Source of the DNA: Naegleria gruberi | Taxonomy: Eukaryota | Direction: 5' to 3' (one strand) | DNA length: 64,000 bases | Assembly: GCA_000004985.1 (NCBI GenBank) | Contig: GG738935.1 | The notes under the pieces: generated by a model | What the model saw: the letters and a program-made list of their open reading frames with translations, nothing else | Database searches by the model: none | What the model was told of the DNA's origin: nothing | Shown here: one piece after another, positions 56,584 through 64,000 of the stretch | Position numbering within the stretch: the first letter of the stretch is position 1 | How the letters are laid out: each line of letters starts with the position of its first letter | Translations under genes and position numbers: made by a program

Positions 56584-59461
56584 TTACACTTTTTGGTTTA
56601 AAATTGTGAAAAGTCTGATTTGCTTGGAATCAACCCAAGGAACACGTGTTGACATCTTGACATAAACACATCCCCAAACAAAAGTAATAATAAATGTATC
56701 AATCTTTGGATTTCCTTGGAAAGTTCTAATGATAATTGTGTGAGGAACAGGTAATAAACCAACCAAAGTAGTATTCTTCAAATATACAATAACATCTTCC
56801 TCAGTAGCATATTCCTTAGAACAAATTCTTTCAATATCAGGTGAAAGAGTATTAATAAGTGTAATGATAGTATAAATTGGAAGTCTTGGTCTCCATGATT
56901 GAACCCATTCATGTGTTGGTAGGAAAGGTTCAGGTAATGGTTGATTTTGATTTTCAGCAATCTTCTGTTCATGTCTCTTTAAAATAGCTGTTCTAATTGG
57001 TTCCAATTCTGGATCCTTTTCAAGATCTTGGAAGAGTTTACCTCTTCTAAGAATTGAATAAATAACATGCACATTTCCTTCATATTGGTATTGAATGATA
57101 TTGTTAAAAACTTCTAATAATAGGGCTACAAATTGATGATTTCTTTCACTACTGTAAAGGAATCTTGGAGAGGCAAATGCTTCGAATAAGTTCAAAAGTT
57201 TAACACTTGAAAGCATGGTTAAGGATTTGGTATAAGGAGAAATGTTGGCAATGATGGTGAGCATACAATCGTACAATCCACGAATGGCTCCCTTATCAGT
57301 AACCATGACCTTGTTAAAGAACAAGATCAACAAATCAGCATAGTTACCTTCGAATGCAGGAACATCTAATGGAGCTGTGATCTTGTATGGTTGATTGAGG
57401 GCAACACCGAATTCTCTGTTACCACTCAATAATAAAACAGTGAATGAGGCTAATTGAACAATAGGGAATTTGGTAATTTGCTTACTATGAAGTTGGATGA
57501 TGAAAAGCAAAGGAACCAAAAGATCAGTAATATTCAATTCCTTACAAGCAAAGATTCTGAAAACTGGAGCTTCTCCAAGAATCAACCAGAAGAGCAACAA
57601 AACTTCCTCATAGAATTCAATCAATTTTTGAGAACTTGGTAAATATGTATAATGAGAATCAACAACATTTCTCAAGAGAAGTGTAAGCTTGGAATATAAA
57701 TGAGTCATATCTACAGTATTGTTGAATTGATGTTGTAAAATTTGATGATAAATATTAGTTTGATTCTTTGGCTTGTGTTGCAACAACACTGACATCATGT
57801 GCAGAGAGGTTTCGATATATTGAGTGTAGTAATCAGTGAAAAGTTGGGATGAATATGGAAGAGAACCTCTTGGATCATAAGCTGTCACAAAATTCAACAA
57901 AGAGTAGAGTAAATTATGAGCATTTGGAATCTTGTCAGAAACAGCAATACTCAAGAATTTGTTATCATATTCAGCGCAGATTTCAGCATCCTGGTATAAA
58001 ACACTTGAGAAACAGGTGAGCATACATCTCAAAATATCATTTCTATTTTCCATTTGCTCCCATGATGCAGAACGGAGTGGCTTACCATGTGTGGCCATAC
58101 CAGTTTGCCACAAAACTGATTCATCCAAAGTATCAGTCTTAATCAAAATTTGTTCTTCGTGCAATTGACTAATTGGAACAGTAAAATCAGGAAGGAACAA
58201 ACATCTCATCAAAGTTTGAATCATAACTTCAGCAAGACTGGTTGTAAGATTAGTGTCAGCAATTTTCAAAATTGGAAGAAGTTTGCTGGCTGATTCTTGA
58301 GTAGTTTGAACAACTGATGTGGATTCTTGTTGAACTGGTTCTTGAGAAGCTTCAACTGGTGTAGCTTCTTGTTGAGTTGTTTCTTCTTTAACTTCCTCTT
58401 GTTTTGGTTCCTCTGGAGTTGTTTCTTTAACTTCCTCTTTTGGTTCTTCCTTGGTTTCTTCTTGTTTTGGTTCCTCTGGAGTTTCTTCAACTGTTTCAGT
58501 GGTTGTTGATGATTCTTCAGTTGTAGAAGCTTGACTAGAAACCTCTGTTGGTGTTTCAGTTTTTTCTTCCTCAACTACTTTTTCCTCTTCCTTTGCATTT
58601 CCTCCCTTCTTATTCTTTTTCTTATTCTTCTTTTTCTTTTTAGAACTTGTTTCAACAACTGGTTTTGGTGTTTCCTTTGGTGTTTCTTTTGGAGTTTCCT
58701 TTGGAACTTCAGGTTCCTTTTCCTTGACAGGTTCTTCAACCTTTGGTTCTACTGTTTCCTTTGGTGGTTCAGTAGTAGATTCTGTTGATTTTTCTTCTGT
58801 TGTTACTTCTGGTTGTTCTTCTAATTTTTCTTCAACTTTTTCCTTCAATTGTTCAATTCCTTGTTTGATTTGTTCGATTTGTTCAGTTGTTGCAGTTGAA
58901 GCTGGTTCTGTTGGATTTTCTTCCGATGGAGTTGTGGTAGTTGTGTCTGGTGTTGTTTCCTGTTGTTTTGTTTCTTCTTGCTTTGTTTCGATTGGTTTTG
59001 TGGCCCCACCAACTACAGATTGCAAACCTGCAGATCCAGGTAAGACATTATTAAAGAACAAATCAGTAACAAATCCATCATTATCATGTTCAAAAACAAA
59101 AGGAAGAATCCTTGTTAATAGGTGAAGAGAATTCTTGGCGCTAGTACTCTCAGCAGAGTAATTCTTTGGCTGTGAAAAAAGGTATAATTGTTCAATACAC
59201 TATTATCATTGCACAATAGGAGATAAATTTAACATTAAATTTTGTAAAGCTTACCTTATATATTATCGTTCCTAGATTCGCAGGTTGTGATATTCTCAAA
59301 GAACGAATATCATCAGGTGTAATAATCGAGAAAATATCATCAATAGACAAAGGTTGGATGAATAGATGTTTCCAAAAATTGTGTTCATTGTGCTTTATGT
59401 AATTTTCTCCCAACTTGGAGAACATAGTCTTGAATTCAATCTTTGAATCGGATGATCCCAT
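56584..59461 (-). CDS. HID1/DMC1-family protein (Hid-1 domain), two exons, with long E/P/K/T-rich low-complexity insert
   Basis: Exon 1 is 59255..59461: MGSSDSKIEFKTMFSKL...FWKHLF...DDIFSIITPDDIRSLRISQPANLGTIIYK. It has the MGxxxS myristoylation-type start and the HID1 N-terminal region. Donor AAG|GTAAGC; intron 59170..59254; acceptor TTTCACAG. Exon 2 is 56584..59169: PKNYSAESTSAKNSLHLLTRILPFVFEHDNDG..., then about 230 residues of ETPKETPKETPK / EEPKQEE repeats, then the conserved Hid-1 body (...LYSLLNFVTAYDPRG...LLLFWLILGE...LLLEVFNNIIQYQYEGN...TTLVGLLPVPHTIIIRTFQGN...). Confidence 0.85.
58270..58760. repeat. In-frame coding tandem repeats (GAAACACCAAAG-type 9-12 nt units) encoding the PEVK-like insert of HID1
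   Basis: DNA-level reiteration of ggaaacaccaaa / gaagaaccaaaacaagaggaag units. It translates as ETPKETPKETPK and EEPKQEE(T/V)KEE on the minus strand. It is the coding region of the HID1 insert (58270..58760, minus strand), not a CRISPR array. Confidence 0.7.
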
Positions 59462-59803
59462 TCTTGATGATCAATTAATGTTTCTTCTTGTTTTAATGTG
59501 AGGTGATGATGAACAAAAAGATTTAATTCGTCTTTTGATCAAAGTAACAAAAATTTTTAATTTTTTTTATATCGAAAATGCTTCTAATTGATACTGCTCT
59601 GGCCAAAGGCAAAAGAAAAATGACGTCAGAAACAAGGCTGTGTGAGTCATGACCTGAAGAATAGCACAACTATAAATCCTTTATTGATTCTAATAAAAAT
59701 CACTAATAATAATACAATAATAATGATATTTATCAAAGCCTATTTTAATTTATGTTTATTAAACTTCGAGTCTTTTGAGGAAGGTTAATTGTTTTTGAAA
59801 AAA

Positions 59804-60561
59804 ATGTCATCTAAACAACAACCCTTTTCTTTCCAGTCCATTGCTTTGGGTCGGAAAAGTGCAACAACCACTTCTGCATCAGAGACTTCCTCTCCCGAGA
59901 AAATTGTATTAGAAAAATTGTATGAATTATATCATAAAAAGTTTTTGGAAAAAGTAAAGGAATGGAATCGAGTACATGAAAAGAGCATTGAACATTTTTC
60001 GGAATATATTCAATTAATTCAATTATTAAATAGAGTAAAACCAAATACTGAGAATGAGTTGAGTCAATCATTATCAAATGATTCTACCATGATGGATATT
60101 TCAATTACTAAAAAGCTCAAACAGGCTCATTCATCTCTTTTGGAATGTATTGAAGAATGTAGGTTTCATCATTATTATTGAAAATTTACAATTTTTCAGT
60201 CTTTACAATTGTATATGATTTGAAGGAAGTGGTGAGTGAAATGAAACTAAAAATCCAAGAAAGTCAATCATCTAATTCAGATATTAGTAAAAGTATTTTG
60301 GCATTGTCAGAGAAAGGTGACTATAACATGTTAAGTAATGCTTTTGATTATGTGAGGTATGCCACCACTTACCTGCGCATGTTAGAAAATGAATTGGATT
60401 TCAAAACGATTACCTTCCAAAGTTTGAACGAATTAGAATCTCAATATGTCCTCAATACCTACATGATTGCTTGGAAGAAACAATCCTTCATTGATGAGAA
60501 TAAGCTTCGCCAATTAGAAATGGAATATCACATGCACGACAAGGCCACAACCAATCTTTGA
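59804..60561 (+). CDS. Hypothetical coiled-coil protein (two exons)
   Basis: Exon 1 is 59804..60158 (MSSKQQPFSFQSIALGRKSATTTSASETSSPEKIVLEKLYELYHKKFLEKVKEWNRV...LLECIEE; donor T|GTAGGT). Intron 60159..60199 (41 nt; acceptor TTTTCAG). Exon 2 is 60200..60561 (FFTIVYDLKEVVSEMKLKIQESQ...). No family recognised. Confidence 0.45.
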
Positions 60562-60765
60562 GCTAATTGTCATTCCACACTTGACATCTTTTTTACTAGT
60601 ATCTTCTTGATCCATAAGAAACTCAAGAAAGATATTGGATCTGATTTTTTGATAGTATCTCGATTATTAATACTTTCCAATCAAAACTTAATAGTGAAAG
60701 TCATAACCTAAAAATCTTCCAAATTCTGACAAGATTATTTTGGTCATTAAACAACAATAACAAAA

Positions 60766-62845
60766 ATGCTCAACAATCCAACAGAGTCGGAGAGGACGAA
60801 TGCAATACAATATGGAGATTTAATCGGTACTGATGTTGTTTCCAATGCTAATAAACAACAAGAAATTTCAGAAAATGTGAATAGTCATCATCATGATGCT
60901 AATCAAATCATTAATAATACCGAAATTGTTGATGATCAACGCCAGAATAAATCAAATCCGAATAATACTACCAACACAACCACCACAACAACATCTACAG
61001 CTGTAAATAATAATAATAACAAAATCGAGGAAGAAGAAGAATTGAATGAAACTACACGCGATATTATTCAAAAAATTAGAAAATTAGGAGAGGAACCATC
61101 ATCACCAACTGAATCACCATATATCGATTTTGCGGTAGATTGTGACTGTACAGTTGCAGGAGCTGCTCTTAGGAATGGAATGGATATTGACGATTTCCTA
61201 AATGCCAATCCCGAATATTCACTATTGGATAGACTTGATGGAGGAACAAAAGTTAAAATTAAGAATGAAAAACACTTTGAACAAAGAATTAGAAGAGAGG
61301 AACGTAAATCACAAATCTATACACTAATGAAACAGTTGGAAGATGAGGAAAGAAAACAGGAGGAAAGGAAAAAGAAGGAGGAATCGGAACGTCTTGCTTT
61401 GCAAATTCAATCACAACAGGCAGTTCTCCAAGAAATTGGTAGAAGGAGCAGAGCATCTTCTAATGCTGCAAATAAGGAATCACACCTGACAACATCAGCA
61501 TTCAACTTTGCTGATAACGTTGTTGAATCAGTTGGAAATACTGCTGTTAATATTGCCTCTGGTGTTGCACATGGAGTAGGAAATGTCACAAGAGCTTCAA
61601 CTAATGTGGTTGGCTCTGTTGCTTCAGGTATGGCCACTGGAGTGGGAACAGTTGCTTCGGGAGTTTCAAATGGTGTAGGAACAGTTGCCTCAGGTGTTGG
61701 TAGTGTGGCTGAATCTGTTGCTTCAGGAGTTGCATCCGTTGGTAAAGGTTTTTGGAATATTGTAGGATTTAGAAGTAGATCTGGATCAAATGCTCAACCA
61801 TTCGTTGAAGAATTGGATGATCGCTCACCACCAATTAGCCCTAACAATTCAAGCCCTAAACAAACCGTTTCCACAACCACCACTACTAGCAATATAGAAG
61901 TGGAAAGGACAAGAGGAAGATCTAGCTCCTTCCTCTCTATCCTTCCATTTACTGGTGAAGTTATTGAGCCATATATTACACCTCCCCAAAAGTCATCTGC
62001 TACCTCAAAAACAGTTGGCACTCCAACTGAGGATCACAATCATCTTTCAACAAAATCTGGAAGCCCACCAGTCCAACAATTCCACTACCCAAAGAATTTA
62101 CATCACGATATGATGATGCACTTTAAGACTCCACAAGTTTTAGAGGCCACTAGTCCAGTTTCATTGAAAGAATCACAATTGAGGGAATTATCTCTTTCAT
62201 TCCCTCTAAGGTTCCGTAATAAGAATTTAGTTTTATTGTACTCTACCCAAGAACATGGTATCAGCTTACTTACATTGTACAGAAAAGTTGCTGAAAATCA
62301 ACCAATAATTATTGTAGTGGAAACAACACATGGCGAAGTATTTGGAGCCTTTTTAACTTGCGAGATTGAATTGACAAAGAGAGTAAGTTTTTTCACAATT
62401 TTGACACATTTTACAATTACTATAATAGGATAAATATTATGGAGATGCTGAGTCTTTTGTTTTCAAATTTGACAAACAAAAAGAAGAGGAAGAAAAGGAA
62501 GAACCTGAAGATCATGAAGATTTTGTCCTTGTAGAACACCCACTTAAAGATAACAAACCACAACCAACCATTCATGCCTACAAATGGATGAAGACAAATG
62601 AATATTTCCAATTGTCATCTGCAAAACAATTAGCAGTTGGTGGAGGAGGAGATGGATTTGCCTTTACGTTGGATGCCGATCTTAAATATGGATCTTCACA
62701 CAAAAGCGAAACCTATGGAAATGATCCACTCACTTCGACAACAGACTTTGAAATTTATTCAGTTGAGGCGTTTACACTAGAGACACTCACCACTCATTCC
62801 TCAGCACATCTTACAAAGCATCAATCTCTAAAGTTGATTAATTAA
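60766..62845 (+). CDS. OXR1-like protein with LysM-like and C-terminal TLDc domain (two exons)
   Basis: Exon 1 is 60766..62382. It has a LysM-like segment (YIDFAVDCDCTVAGAALRNGMDIDDFLNANP...GGTKVKI), a Gly/Ser/Val-rich low-complexity region, then the TLDc start LLYSTQEHGISLLTLYRKVAENQPIIIVVETTHGEVFGAF. Donor AGA|GTAAGT; intron 62383..62428; acceptor TATAATAG. Exon 2 is 62429..62845 (DKYYGDAESFVFKF...AVGGGGDGFAFTLDADLKYGSSHKSETYGN...FEIYSVEAFTL...), which completes the TLDc domain. Confidence 0.75.
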
Positions 62846-63118
62846 TAAATTATTGAGTTGAATTGATGTCATAACAAGTAATTTCTGGATCATATTTGAG
62901 AAAGGTTTTGTTTATTTTATTGTGGAATGGTTCATAAATAAGGGTCGAATTATTTAAATAGTATCATTGATAGAATACAAGCAGCCACTGACACTGTAAC
63001 ATTATCTTCTCCATATATCTGGACAAGTTTAGTTTTCTTTGGTCCTTCAGATGAAACTGCCTCAATAACAGTACAAATTCTTTTTTAACCTTAGTATTAA
63101 ATTTCATTTGAAAATCAC

Positions 63119-63945
63119 TTACAAATTAATAATAAACAATTGAGTCACATTGTCAAATGTTGAAAATGAAAGAATGCCATTCACTTCAAAATATCTCAGA
63201 TAAATAAAACTGAAAATAAATCCACCCAAAAACATTCCCAAACTTCCAACCAATGATTTTGAATTAGAGAATCTAAAACTATCTCCATAACTTCTTCCAA
63301 TAATATCTGCAAATCCATCACCTCCACACAAGATCATTAACGAAACTATTGCTTTTGGATCATTTCTCCAAAAGAGAACAGTACTCAACACAAATACCAA
63401 TCCATAAATTGTGGGTCCTTTGAGAATTTCCTTTGGATCTCCAGATCTCGATAATGTCCTAACAAGTAATTCATTCTTTGCAATACCCAATCCTATTCAA
63501 ATATTATAATTTTCATTAAATTCATTACAATCAAATATTAATTATTAAATCAAACATTAATAAATCCAAAAATCAAACACAAACCCAACAAGACAAAATA
63601 AAAAGTCAAAAATCCAGGAACCAAAGCACATATCACTCTCGATTTCAATGAATTTCCCTCAAATAAATTCCAAAACAACAAGTAAACAGGTCCCATGAAT
63701 ATATGAACCAATTTTCTTCTCACCTTCTCTGGTAACAATTTCCCAATCAATTCCAATCCAATCAATGTTGCCACCGATCCAACAATTGTTATCAATAGGG
63801 CCACAAAATCCCTACTCGAATCCTTGTCTGCATCCAACCAAACCATTGCTTGTTGTAATATTTGCATTAGACAATTATTAATCCAAAGAAAGGTTGAATC
63901 GAGTGGGAAATTGTTTTGATCACCGTTCCGAGCCAGCATGTTCAT
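63119..63945 (-). CDS. VTE5-like CTP-dependent polyprenol (phytol/farnesol/dolichol)-kinase family membrane protein, two exons
   Basis: Exon 1 is 63575..63945 (multi-TM: ...FVALLITIVGSVATLIGLELIG...ICALVPGFLTFYFVLLG). The inferred donor is G|GTTTGT. Intron 63493..63574; acceptor AATAG. Exon 2 is 63119..63492 (GLGIAKNELLVRTLSRSGDPKEILKGPTIYGLVFVLSTVLFWRNDPKAIVSLMILCGGDGFADIIGRSYG...). The motif CGGDGxADIxGRxxG is diagnostic of the phosphatidate cytidylyltransferase / VTE5 / dolichol kinase family. The frame stays open upstream to the window end, so the true start may lie beyond 64000. Confidence 0.6.
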
Positions 63946-64000
63946 TTCAGTTGAGATGTAACAGTAGTAGTGTGATGATGAGTATTTGAATGAGAAAAAT

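Noticed and set aside
58270-58760. Possible CRISPR-like regular repeats
   Set aside because: The units are 9-12 nt in-frame coding repeats inside a eukaryotic exon. There are no spacers of unique sequence and no flanking cas genes. The window as a whole is eukaryotic.
58266-59125. Antisense and other-frame ORFs across the HID1 repeat insert (58266..58574, 58327..58509, 58531..58788, 58724..59125)
   Set aside because: They are frame artefacts of the reiterated GAA/CCA/AAG-rich coding repeats. The HID1 frame is supported by conserved N- and C-terminal homology.
1-64000. Prokaryotic defence system, operon or CRISPR array
   Set aside because: The whole window shows spliceosomal introns, eukaryotic nuclear tRNAs, a ribosomal protein gene, a cyclin and STT3. 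There is no operon structure, no Shine-Dalgarno-spaced gene clusters, no cas-like or restriction-modification-like genes, and no direct-repeat/spacer array.

Overview
This window looks like an AT-rich nuclear chromosome segment of a dictyostelid-type social amoeba, not a prokaryote. The evidence is the shape of the genes themselves. Coding regions are about 30% GC. The predicted proteins carry long runs of N, Q, T and S. Introns are very short (41-90 nt) and mostly start GTAAGT, GTATGT or GTAGGT. Start codons sit in A-rich contexts. Three nuclear tRNA genes are followed by oligo-T stretches.

I can support about 35 protein-coding genes on both strands and three tRNA genes. The genes with recognisable products are:
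- a giant BEACH/WD40 (Lvs-like) gene of about 3,800 codons
- a HID1/DMC1 homologue carrying a long low-complexity insert
- STT3 (the catalytic subunit of oligosaccharyltransferase)
- ribosomal protein L10a
- a B-type cyclin with a destruction box
- an RPAC1/AC40-type RNA polymerase I/III subunit
- a LENG8/SAC3-domain protein
- 3-hydroxyisobutyrate dehydrogenase
- a nicotinamidase
- a Sec12/PREB-like protein
- an OXR1-like LysM/TLDc protein
- the N-terminal part of an RTEL1/FANCJ/DDX11-like helicase
- a protein kinase with DUF4116-like repeats
- an atypical Rho-like GTPase
- a GNAT acetyltransferase
- an LRAT/PLAAT-like gene
- a VTE5-like CTP-dependent kinase
- two F-box/LRR-type genes
- several secreted or GPI-anchored cysteine-rich proteins
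- the tRNAs Cys(GCA), Gln(UUG) and Ala(UGC)

Five runs of N (600, 2,472, 50, 50 and 50 nt) are assembly gaps, and they truncate at least five genes.

I see no CRISPR array, no prokaryotic operon and no defence-system architecture.

The observations most worth a second look are:
- a tandemly duplicated two-gene cassette that spans an assembly gap
- two convergent genes whose stop codons overlap
- two apparent frameshifts, in the jacalin-domain gene and in a Ser/Thr-rich gene
- an unlisted 51-codon cysteine-rich ORF with the codon bias of highly expressed genes
- an atypical Rho-like GTPase that lacks the catalytic Gln and a CAAX box
- a HID1 homologue with a roughly 230-residue PEVK-like repeat insert
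- an ORF-free, GC-richer 1.1 kb block next to the largest gap
- inferred GTTTGT splice donors and very small introns

All exon/intron models and product calls were made by hand from the sequence and from remembered motifs. No database search was run.
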